A DNA stretch of 64,000 nt from the NCBI GenBank assembly GCA_028534125.1, contig CM052818.1:7628001-7692000 (forward strand), in the 5' to 3' direction. Both the position numbers and the translations under genes were made by a program. Under the pieces are notes generated by a model. It worked only from the letters and a program-made list of their open reading frames with translations, had not been told where the DNA came from and made no database searches. The DNA is from Lama glama. Lineage: Eukaryota. Shown one piece after another: positions 52,524-64,000 of this stretch. Numbering within the stretch: position 1 is the stretch's first letter; the number at the start of each line of letters is the position of its first letter.

Positions 52524-54199
52524 CATAGGTTTTTGAAATTGGACATAGATAAATAATAGTGTTTTCTTTATCTAGATTTTTTTTTCTTGGTAGCTTCAAC
52601 TGCATAGATAGGAGAAAAGTAAGCTGTGTTTAATTAGTAATGTATGTTGGCAATCCAGAAAAATTCAGAGCTATACTGAATCTCATCTCCTTTTTTTCTT
52701 ATAGGTCCCACTTTTAACTCTTTTTTAAATTTCCTTTAAATAAACTTAATTTGGTGATGAAAGAAGAAAAGATTGAAGAGTTGGGATCACTTTTGCTCTT
52801 TACGAGCCTTTGGCTTTAGATAAATTACTCAGTCTTTCTGAGCTTCAATTTTCTCATCTATAAAATAGGAATAGTGATAATTCCTGTATTATAAAGTTAT
52901 TGTGAGAATTAAGGTAATGTTGTATTAAGATGCTATATCAACTATAACTATGCAAGTTAGTTACTGTACCTGAAACCAATATGTTACATATCAATTATAG
53001 CTTAATTTATTAGAAAGAGTTACTTATTTCAGAAGAATCAAATAAGAAAGGGATATAGATGGTGCCAAAGGCAGGAATATAGATAGCAAGGCAGAAAACA
53101 GTGGCTGCTGATAGCCTTTCTAGGGAGAAGAGAGAAATTCTAAAAATGTATTGGTAATAAACTAGTAAAAGAACTAGTTATCACCATAATCTGAAGCTCT
53201 CTTACATAGGGACAAACTGACTTCCTTCAGTAGCACCTGAGGGTATCACTGTTACTACACAGTATAAAACTGATTATTAAAATGGTGAAATTAAGTTATC
53301 AAGAAAAGGTTACCTTGTTTTCAAAATACGCTGTTTGAAAAGTCATAAAAATATATGATTAATTTCAGAATTAAAATGTTCAGAATTGCTTTATTTGTGC
53401 AAAAAGTTTTAGTCTTATCAAGAGTAAGCTATAGTTATCTGGATCATTCCATTTTTGGGAATAATTCCTTCTATCTTCATTTACTATTCATGCCTTCCTT
53501 TATATTTGAAGACTTTTTCTACCAGTGGTAATTTCTCTTCAAATGTGAAGATTTAATGGAAGAAATAGAGGTTTTTAAACTCACTCATTATTCGTAGAAT
53601 CTCATCTCCTACGTTTGTTTCTTTTTGTATATTTTCAACATCCTTTTATACAAAAAGAGGTGTTTCGATTTGTCTACATGTTCAGTAGTCCACAGTTGTG
53701 CTGTAGCATTTAGAGTTGAATTAACTGAAATACATGAAATGAATGGGAGAAAATGTAATCTCTTACAATTTTGTTAACTGGTCAACTTTCCTTCACAACC
53801 ATACAGAAGTAAGATTGCAGGTTAATAGAATTCCACTATGCAGTGAAATTTTTCTGGGCTAGCAGGAGGGTAGAATAGTTGGAGACAGTATTCAGAATAA
53901 GTCATGTCGTGGTATTGGTAGGTTTTCTTTTCTTTTTAATACGTTGAACTTAAAAAAATCAGATTGTAGAAGGTGGTTACAAGTTTTCATAGCAAAATGT
54001 GTACTGATTTGGATAATTTTATATTCAAATAGCTTTTTGACTAAAAGTAAGTTCAGAGAATAGGTGTTTGTGTATGCATATTGTGGTAATGCATTTTCTC
54101 CTGCAGAGTGAATGAATGCAGTAAAATTTTGAAATTGTTATAATTATGTCGAGAAAGTTTGTGCCTTGTTTTTTGTTTTGCTTTGTTTTTTTTTCAATT

Positions 54200-56800
54200 T
54201 GGCTAAATAAGATCCTGAGCTACAGCAGTGGCAGTTAGATTGGAGAGCAAAGGATGGATCTGTGGTGAATTTGAGAGATAGAATCCATACTATGGGACAG
54301 TTCAAGTTGGTATAGAAATTGAAAAACGTAGAGACGTCAGAGAGTTAAGTTGGTTCTTGTGTTTATAGATTGGGAAACTACATAGACAGTGTTGCTATTA
54401 ATTGAGCTAGAAAAGGAATAAATGTGGGGCAGGTAGAGGAAGAGGGTAAAGATGGTAGATAATGAATTTAAGTTTTGAATATATTAAATTTTAGATATCT
54501 CTGAGATTTGTAGGTGAAGATGTCCAGTAGGCAGTTGTACATCTGGATGTGGGACACTGAAATGAGGTTAGATGTGGAGAAAGATATGGAATCTATCCAA
54601 TTTTCACCATCTCCTCTATTTTTATCTGAGTTCAGACTACTGTCATCTCTCCCCTACATTATTACAAGTTTCCTGTCTGTTCTCTTCTAGTCTTAGTCTT
54701 CTCCAGACCATTCTCAGTGCGATAATCAGCAATCTTTCTTAAGGGCAAATTTGATCATATACCTTAGCCTAAATGATTTCTGTGACTTTATTTTATCCTC
54801 ATGATGAAATCTACATTTCTTATTCCTTTAATGAATTTATAAATTCATTTAAGTTTTTTTCCCCAACTTATCTCTCTAGCCTAGTGACTCTCCATGACTC
54901 CCCGCTCCCCCTAAATACATAATTTTCTCACACACATTGAATTACTTGTGGTTTCTGGCAATAAACTCTCTTTTCTCTCTAAGCCTTTGCACTTACTCTT
55001 CCCTATTCCTGGAGGGCTTTCCTCAGCACACCCTTCCTTCCCTCCATTTTTCTGACTCCTTTCTACTTATCTTTAGTTCTTGGTAAGCCTTCATTGGTTT
55101 ATTATTATTATTATTTATTGAAAAATTTTAAACCCACAGAAAAGTCAAGAATAGTAGAGTGAACACTTACACATACACACACACACAGTCTCTCTCTCTC
55201 TTCCCCCAGCACACATACATACACTTCCCTTTTGCCAAACCTGAAAATGTGACATAAATATCATGAAGCTTTACTCCTGTATCTTAAGCATGCATCTCCC
55301 AATTACAGGGACATTCTCTTACACAGCCACAGTGCCATTATTACACCTTAGAATATCAACAATTACTCAATAACATTATTCAGCATATAGTCCATACTTA
55401 AATTTTCCCATTAGTCCCTAAATTCTTTGTAGTGTTTTTTCTCCCTCTAATGAAAGATTCGATCAAAATTCATGCGTTGCAGTTGGCTGTTATGTCTCTT
55501 CAGTCTTTTCCAGTCTGGACTAGTCCCACTGACTCCCTCTCTTCTTTGGTTTATCCTTTAAAAAGTAGATGTATTTGTCCTCGAGTGTATTCCATGTTCT
55601 GAATTAGTCTGTTTCTTTATGATTAGATTCTCGTTGAATATTTCTGGCAAGAATACCACACAGATGATATACATACCTACCACTTTATTTTATCAGGAGA
55701 CACATAATGTCAGGCTGTCCCACTGTTGGTGATTGTAGCTTGATCACTTGGTAAAGGTGAGAACTGACAGAGCTCTCTACTATTTAATAAATAATTGATA
55801 ATGTGGTAGGTACTTCATGGCCAAATAAATATCCTTTTCCTAAGAACCTTTTAAACCAGTGGTTTTAGCATTCATTAAATGATCTTTGCTTGAATCAGTT
55901 ATTACATTGGAAGATTACAAATGATGATTTTTCTGATTCTTTCATTCCATCTACATTTATTACCTTCAATGACTTTTGAGAGCATTGAGCTCAGGTTAGT
56001 TGAAGACTGAATATAAGCAATTGATTTTAGAAATCAGGTCATTCCTCAGCTTTTCCCGAGCCAAGTGAGTGGTGAGAATGGGAGACAGATTTCTAGGAGG
56101 TAGACCAAAGAGAGAGTAGAGGTCTCCTAGTGAAGGGGAGGCAAAAAGAAGTAACTTGAATAGATGGAGTGGAGGGAAAGAATTTTAGTTTTAGTACTTG
56201 AAAATGTTTTTTGATGGACTGATGAGATTGAAGATGAGAGAGTCAGGGAATAATTAATAGAACAAGGTCTCACATGAAATGGAGAAAGGTGAGATTCAGA
56301 ACAGGAGGTTGGGGAGTTAACTCTGGAAAAGAGTAGACACCATACTGTACCTCAGAAAGTTAGGAATTGTGTGTAGGTAAAGGTTAGGTACCTTTGCATA
56401 GGGATGGAAGAAGTCATATCTGAGGACTTTTTTAAGTTGGTGTGAAGTAGACAGTTACTTTTTGAGCATGAGATTGATGAAGGTAAGCTAAGGGACATGG
56501 TAGTAATGAAAGTTTGTCATAAATACTGTAGGGTTTGAGAAAGAGAAGTGTTTCAGGATAAATAAGTGAAAGGACTGCTGAATAGGGCCTCACTTGATTT
56601 TGGAGCTCATAAATGTATAATCTGCATGTTTTACATAAATTTTCTCTAACAGTGTTCTGCAGCCAGGAACAAAGCATGGATGAGGGAGGAGAGAGTTGAA
56701 CATGCAAGGGAAACTATTGAACTAGTTGACCATGGGATCCAAGCTAAGTAGAGAAGCTAGTAAGGCAAAATTGGGCTAAGAGACCGAAACAGTGGGGAGA
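54200..56800. mobile_element. Mosaic of L2 fragments in both orientations with an old L1 3' UTR at ~55100-55960
   Basis: Purine-rich antisense L2 (54200-54590, 55960-56800), pyrimidine-rich sense L2 (54600-55090), and L1-like attgaaaaattttaaacccacagaaaag. Confidence 0.55.
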
Positions 56801-57283
56801 GGTATAGGGATAATGGTAACCAGTGATTGATTAAAATATTAATTTATTGTTGGCTTGGGGTTATTGTACTAATGAACTTTATAGTTATTTACTTTATTCC
56901 TTAAACTAACATTTAATATTTTCATTCTTGAACCACTTACTGACTTACTGCAGATGAGTTTCTAGCTATTTTGCTTTATTTTCTTTAAAATTTCTTGAAA
57001 GCATCATCTTTATTGTTACTTAACATTTATACAGTACATACTTGTTTAGATTATTTAAAGGCCCTCCCCTTTAAGGACCTAGATATAAAATATATTTTAT
57101 TAATAAAAATAGACTTAACATTAGATTATTTTTACCCTAAAAAACAAAAAGCAAGGCAGGGATAACCCGAATCAGTGGATAAATCTAAGTGTCATTTTTG
57201 TTCTCTTTAGGAATATGTTAATATATAATTTTCTTCTAGCACCTGTTTTCAGGGTAGGGTAGATTATACAAGTTTTATTTTAA

Positions 57284-57285
57284 TT

Positions 57286-57328
<43 letters not shown>

Positions 57329-57522
57329 CTCTTTCTTTCTTTCTCTCTTTCTCTCTTTCTCTCTTTCTCTCTTTCTCTCTTTCTTTCTCTCTTTCTTTCT
57401 TTCTTTCTCTCTATTTTTTTGGTGGGGATAGGTAATTGGGTTTATTTATTTATTTAAATGGAGGTACTGGGGATTAAACCCATAACCTCATGCAGGCTAA
57501 GCACTGAACTATCCCCTACCCG
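57284..57522 (-). mobile_element. Camelid SINE with an internal deletion, tail expanded into a (TTTC)n/(TC) microsatellite at 57284-57412
   Basis: ggtaattgggtttatttatt..ggaggtactggggattaaaccc..ctaagcactgaactatcccc; flanked by ttttattttaa on both sides. Confidence 0.85.
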
Positions 57523-60500
57523 CCTAGATTTTATTTTAAATTTATTCTTTTTGTAGCCATATTAATAAATGCCTACTGGTTTACATATTTAAGACATTTG
57601 TATTCTCCAATAACTTTGAATGAGTGATTTTAGGATTTATTTGCTAAACTTTGGCCAAGACACCAAGAACAGAATACCAGTGTTCTATTCTGATTCACTT
57701 TGACAAAGATTTCACTAGTACAGTAATATCAGTGGCCCAAAAGAGTGAAATAAAGCATCCAAGTTATATTTTGTTTTAACTGAATTTTTTACATGCTGGA
57801 GACAGATTTTATCACTGTAGAGTTTCATCATTCAGTTCCAGACCTATGACCCTTAGTTAATTTCAGGCTGCTATATTAAGTCACTGATTAGTGCTAGGGA
57901 AGAAAGACATTGCTTTTATTTTGAATAACATCTAGATTTAAAAAATATATTTATATTGTTTTTTGAGGATATTTATGATTTTTATTCCTGTTAAGGGTGT
58001 CACACATGAAATGTCACTTATAGCCATTTAAAAATATGTACATTTAATATTATAAATGTTTATACTTTGTAGCCTTCTAGTTAAGGTTCTCTCTTATTGT
58101 TCCTTCTTGTCACTAAATCAACAGTAAATAAGGACCTTCAGGAAACACATGTATTCAGAGTTTCCTGCAAGGAACAGGTTTTCATAAATGTCAACTGGAA
58201 ATGTAAGGAAAAAGCAAATTAGATTAGTGCAACCGTGTTCTTATCTTCGGTGTTCCTTTAGCTTCGACTTGATTTCCCCCAATTTAGAAATACTGATAGA
58301 GGCAAGGAAAAAAAAGAAAAACCACACTGTAATGTCCAACCAAAGATCGATTTGATAGAAATTTGTAGAGATTATTTTTTAATCATAGTAATTTAAAATA
58401 TCTCAATCTGTCAAATTCTAAGAAACACTTCCCATAACACTTCTTGAATTTTAAGGGTCAATTTCTGATAAATGGTATAGGTAAGTTTCTTTCATATAGC
58501 CAAGACACAAATAACAATATATTTCTACACTATTTATGTATATGATTTATCACCTGACAGAATCCAATTTAATCATAATTTTTAAAAGTACTTAAAAATT
58601 AAAAAGTTATTTATCATATACTTATTGCTCACAATGATCTCAATAATGAAGCTAAAATTTAAACATAAAGATCTGCGTTTCAAGAAATACTAACAAATTA
58701 AGGCTGTCATAGAAATAAGTACTTGTCTATGCATCTTGATGGCACATAGTAGCATATTTATCCTACATTGCAGCTCAGGAATAATCCTTTTACTAAGAAA
58801 AATAGTAAATTATATTGATGAAAGTGTATATTATCTTTTTCTCTGAGGAATAATTTTCTGGCTGTCCCAGTCGTACAAAATTCTTTGAACCTAAAACTGC
58901 TCTTAAAAAACAGTCTTAAAAAATTATCACAATCAAATGTTATTGCTGTTATTTATTTTTAATACAAGATGCACTTAAATAATAATTATTTTTGTGAATA
59001 ATTGTTGTTGGATCAGTAATTGACCTGATAAGGAGAAAAAGAAGACAGAAAAGTAAGCCACTGGGTGCCTGAAATGGATGGGAGGCAATAGTGAAAAACT
59101 TAGGTGTTGTGTTTTGTTTTTTTTCTGGAAAGGCAATGTGGTTTGGTGACAGAGGTATGGAATTTAGAATCAGAAGATCTGAAAATGCAAATTGTACCTT
59201 CACAGTCAGCTAGTTAAGTTGTTTGAAACCAAATTACTCTTAAACTTGTTTCTTTATCCATATAGTAGGAATCATTGATTCATTCAGAAATGTTTTTCTT
59301 GGTAGTCTTCTTGCTAGAAGACCAAGAAAATAATGTGAATGAAAGCAAGCAGTTATGAACTGTATCGTGTTTAGTCATATATTAGTGATGATGTAATTCT
59401 TCTTCTTTTCCTTCTATTGCTTCCCTCTCCTCTGCCATCCTTTCATGGATAACATATTTTCAGTAATCTTAGGATTTAGATTGTCAGAACTAATGGTGGA
59501 AGGGAGGCAATCCAGGTTCATCTAAGTCCCAGCTGATCTTCCTGCCCACCCCAGATAAGGGGCATTAGGCACAAGAGTAAGATGGAAGGGACTTTTCTGG
59601 ATCAGCTTGCTCATTTTCTTACTGTTGCTTGACGAAGTCCTGTTTTTGTCAAGGTGGCTCTGCCCTAAGATGCCTCATTGTCTCTGAGTGTGGTATTATC
59701 TGTTTTTTTTTGTTTTTTTTTTCTTCCTCTCCACCCCATCCCACCCCATGCCGATGAGTATCTAACTCTTCCTTCTCCTGTCATCTCCCACTTCTGTCTC
59801 TTAGAAAGAAACCTCTCATCCCAGGGCATCAGGTTGGACCACTGGCTGGTGCCCAAGCACTAGAATGCAAAAAAAAAAAAAGAAGAAGAAAAGAAAAGAA
59901 GGAAAGAAAGAAAGAAAAAAGATTGTGTCTTTATCTCACCCTACAGTTGATTTCTTGCTATTTGCATACAAATACACTCAGATCTTTGTGGTCTAAAAAA
60001 ATTCTTGCTCAAGTCTTAGGCTCTTTTCTTTCATCACCAAAAAGATGTTGATATTGTTGCCTTTATTATTTCATCACGTACTTAATTTATTGTGACATGG
60101 CTTCTGCCCTAAATACTGTCCTAAAACTGTTCTCATCCAGTATCCTTCCTGAAGTTAATAACTTCCTTGACTTCTCTCTTTGCAGTGTGTTGACACTACT
60201 GTTCATACTTTCCTCCTGGACACTTCTCCCTTGGCTTCTGTATGGATAGTTTTTCTAATTGCTTCCTTACTTTCCTCTTAAATGTGTTTGCCCCACCCAT
60301 TGCTCTGAGCTCTCATTAGCCCTCCTTTTCTGCCCTTTCTTCTTTTGTAGTATTACCTTCCTGTGACTAGAATTATTTACTCTGTTATTCCTGTAATGTA
60401 ATTGAACTAGGAATAATGATGCAAAATTCAGGGAGGCAGGATTCTGTTTACTACAAGAAAGAGTGTTTTTTCCTAAAGCAATTTTGGTTGTTTTATAGTA

Positions 60501-60630
60501 ACGATCTATTTTTGAACTAGTCATTTCTCCATTATTGAAGGTTTTCAAGTCGAGGCAGAAAGATCCCTTGTAGAAAGGATTCATATATTGGGTAGACAGT
60601 TGAGTCAGGTGATCTTTTAAAGTAGTGTCC

Positions 60631-60796
60631 ATACTTACCTTGGCAGGGAAGATACCATGATCATGAAGGTGGTTTTCCGAGGGTGAAACTTATCCATTGT
60701 ATTCTGGTTATGCTGACCCTTGCAATTTCCCATATTTGTGGGAAACTCCGCTGCATAACTTGTGGTAGTGGAGGGCTGCGTTTGAGCATTCCCCTG
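60631..60796 (+). pseudogene. Full-length U1 snRNA retropseudogene
   Basis: Colinear with U1 from atacttacct to ttcccctg; A-rich tail at 60797-60814; TSD taaagt(ag/cc)tgtcca at 60618-60631 and 60815-60828; CpG decay throughout. Confidence 0.95.
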
Positions 60797-61304
60797 AAAA
60801 AAGAAATTAAAAAATAAAGTCCTGTCCAACTCAGAGATTGTAATTTTTATCTCATGCACTCCACTCCCATGGATTGAACTTTGATCTTTATTCAGATGCC
60901 TTCCAAAGACATTTCTAGCCTCTCTGCCTCATCATCCTTCTTTTCTCCTACAAACATAGTTTTTGTCCAAAATTGCTTCTGTTTTACGCCTTGTTTTCTA
61001 GTTTCATCATCATTTTCTAGTATTATTTTTTCTTTCCTTTTACTTTCCTTTTGCTGGCATGGCTTTGAGGACCACTGTTCTAGGCTTTGGCTACTTTTCT
61101 GATAGGAAATTAATGTAATTATCCGCCCATATTGGTTTGCTGTCTCTTCTCCTTCCCTCCACTCAAACCAGGTGCACTCAAGCAAAGGACACCAATAAAG
61201 GAGGCTTGGGATCCTAAAGTTTAAATTTACTTTAAAATTTTGTGTGGCACAGTCCAAATGTTAAGGCTTAAGATGTTTATAATAGTAACAATAATAAATA
61301 GTAG

Positions 61305-61550
61305 TAGTTGCAATTATTTATTGAATATCTACTGTGTGCCAGGTATTGTGTCATGAGCTTACAGCGGCTGTGTAAGTTATACTTCATTTAAATATAACAA
61401 CACTCCTATGAGGAAGATACTGTTGCCTCTCATTTTACAAATGAGGAAACTGAGACTTAGGAACGTAAGAAAGTTGTCAGAGGTCACACAGCTAACTGAC
61501 AAGAGATCTAACTCACTTTATGGCCAGTTTTCTTAACCAGTGTATTATAT
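61305..61550 (-). mobile_element. MIR SINE
   Basis: atttattgaatatctactgtgtgccagg..cattttacaaatgaggaaactgagacttag..aggtcacacagcta. Confidence 0.85.
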
Positions 61551-63892
61551 TGTTTAAGGGAAGATAGAGATATAGAATCAAATTTTAGAAAGTCAGGTAG
61601 TGTTATACAAACAAGGTAACATACTTTTGACAGGTTTTTAGATTGCTTTGAATATACATGAACTTAAATGGGACACTGTTAGTGGCTGGTGTGTGCTTAC
61701 CTCTTTTTCCATGATAGTCATTCATTAGTTCATTCATTCGTTGAACATTCATGCAGTTCACTGAGTGGTTAGTCTCTGTACTGGGTTTGGTATAGGAAGA
61801 AGAATGAAATAAATATAAATTTACAATATAGTGGGAGAGACAGGAAATAAGCAGGTAAATAAGTAATCATTTATGATTTGAGAAAGTACTATAAAGATCA
61901 CAGACCATAATGCTAGTAAGAAAATTACAGGATATATATGTTGGATGGGGCATAGGGTAAGGGAAGGATACGCTTAGATACTATGGTCAGGAAAAGCCTG
62001 TTAATAACCACTCTCAACATTTTGTTGTTTATCGTTTCATACATTATATATAGCTATAAAACGTTTCTGTATCAAAATGAGATTGTACTATATATTTTGT
62101 TTGTAATCTCATAGTTGGGTCTCTTGAAACAATAGCCATTGTGTGTTAATTTCCTCTCCACTCCATCCACTGCAGTCAGCTTGCACCCCTACTGTTGGAC
62201 TTGATGTTGCTTTCCTATGTGATTGGTCACTTCCTAATTGCCAAATCTAAAGGAGGTTTTTTCCCTTATTATTTTATTTGCAAATTCTGAGCTGATTTTT
62301 TTCTCTTAATTTCCCCCTCACCTTCTTGGATGTTCCTTTCCATCTTTATCAGTAGTCTCTCTTTATATTTTTCTTTCATTTCTTTCTTCAGCGATGTTTG
62401 AGTCCTCTTAGGTTCTGTACTTGGCCCTCTTCACTAATTGTCTCCAGAGTGATATAATCAACACCAGTGTCTTAAGTCTATAATGACTCACCACAGTCTT
62501 GTGCATTAAGTCCAAACTCCTTATAAGATTCCACCCAACTTAGGGACTATTCATTTTTTGTCTAAATAAAAAATAAATGAACCTTTACTAATATTTATTA
62601 TGAGGATTGATACCAACATCTACAGTCAGTCCATATGTTTATTTATCAGATAGTCACATTATATAGATCAGTGAGTAAACTCAACAGATTAACAGTGGTA
62701 TCCTTTATTTAGTTCATCCTTGTGATGTAATAGAGCTTACACAAGTAGTTACTTCTGTTTATAGATTGTTATCTAGCTTTAACTAAACCAGCTCTCACAG
62801 AATGTTTAATTAACCTAAAATGATTCCTGTAGAGAAATCATATCTTGGATGAATACTCATAATGGAACCAAAAGTAAACAACAAACCACAGAGTTGGATT
62901 CTCCTACTCTTAGTACAGGCTTTTCCACAGCCATACATAAAAGTACTGAAAAGGAGTTGTCAAACTTAAGAATATGTTATGTATTGTTTTCTTTAACAGA
63001 AATAAAAAGCATTCCAAATTTGCTGATCTTTTTAGAGATGGCATATAACTGACAATAATATTTAACCAAAAATAATGAAACACACAGATACACAAACATA
63101 TTCAGTCTGTTCCTGCAGGGTGGTTTTTTTGTTTGTTTTTATTTTTAAATAATGAATGAGAAAATATAGTAGTTGATTTTCTAGAAACACTCATGCTATA
63201 GTAAATCTATTTTGAAAATGGATGTTTGAAAATATTCCATCATTATGTTATTTGGTTAAACGATAAACTTGTTAAAAACCCAGACTGGAGTTTTCTAACT
63301 TGTTTTAAGAACCTCAAAATAGAGAGTTTAGAAAGTGTGATCAGTGATTTCTTCCACTTGGTTCTACACACATTTGTGAAGTATCCTTTTTTAATTTTTT
63401 CTTTAACAGGCATTGAAAGCCAGATTAAAAAAAAATAATAAATTGAACTTAGAGCCAAACCTTTAAATCACCATTTCATAAAGTTTAAATCAAGATTTTT
63501 AATAATAATGAGGCATAGTGAGTCACATTGCTATCAGTTAAAGATAGAGTAAAAAGGTATTTTTGCCATTAATTAGTAAACTACATTATTTTAAAGTCTT
63601 TCCTTTTTATCTTTTAAAAATTTGCATTTAGCATGTTTTTATATTAAATACATTAATACAGTGGTACCCTACGTAATTGGTAAATGATGATTGCTTAAAA
63701 ATTTTTAACTGATGGGATACAGGATCAAAAAAGTTTATAGACTGCTGATACAGACAATAAACATCCCAAGTTCAAAGGAAGGCCAGTTTTCTGTGGGTTA
63801 TAATCATTAGAAAAGATTCATAGTGGAGGTAGGTGTAAGGCTGAAGGTGAGTTTTTGCAGTTTAATAATAGCATTGTTGCTGATTAGTAAAG

Positions 63893-64000
63893 TGTGGTGG
63901 TTAATTTTGTGTCAGTTTTATTGGGCAAGGGATCCCCATGTAGTTGGTAAAACATTAATTCTAGGTGTGTCTTTGTAGGTGTTTCTGGAAGAAATTAGCA
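63893..64000 (+). mobile_element. MLT2 (ERVL) LTR 5' end, cut off by the window edge
   Basis: tgtggtggttaattttgtgtca..ttggtaaaacatta.ttctaggtgtgtct.tg.aggtgtttctggaaga.attagca. Confidence 0.85.

Noticed and set aside
60631..60796. Functional U1 snRNA gene
   Set aside because: A tail, TSD, CpG decay and mutated Sm, U1A and 70K sites indicate a processed pseudogene.
60267..61257. Three minus-strand ORFs of 74-121 aa
   Set aside because: They overlap repeat-like sequence and the antisense of the U1 retrocopy, with no recognisable domain or exon structure.

Overview
Mammalian genomic DNA, most likely camelid (alpaca/camel/llama), judged from five copies of a tRNA-Ala-derived Vic-1-type SINE. 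I see no supportable protein-coding exon. The window runs, on the + strand, from the distal 3' UTR of one gene (~1-1.7 kb; recalled as PELI1), through ~46 kb of repeat-rich intergenic DNA (L1, L2, MIR, MaLR/ERV LTRs, hAT MITEs), to a CpG-island promoter with a probably non-coding first exon (~48.9-49.3 kb; recalled as VPS54) and ~15 kb of its first intron. Gene names come from my recollection of human transcripts and gene order and need BLAST confirmation. Repeat family names come from consensus recognition, not RepeatMasker, and old-repeat boundaries are approximate. I found no evidence of a novel biological system. The most notable details are two uORFs in the first exon, a full-length U1 retrocopy in the intron, a 58-bp tandem duplication in the 3' UTR, a SINE retaining a near-complete tRNA cloverleaf, an AP-1/ARE motif cluster, a CTCF-like site and several nested insertions.
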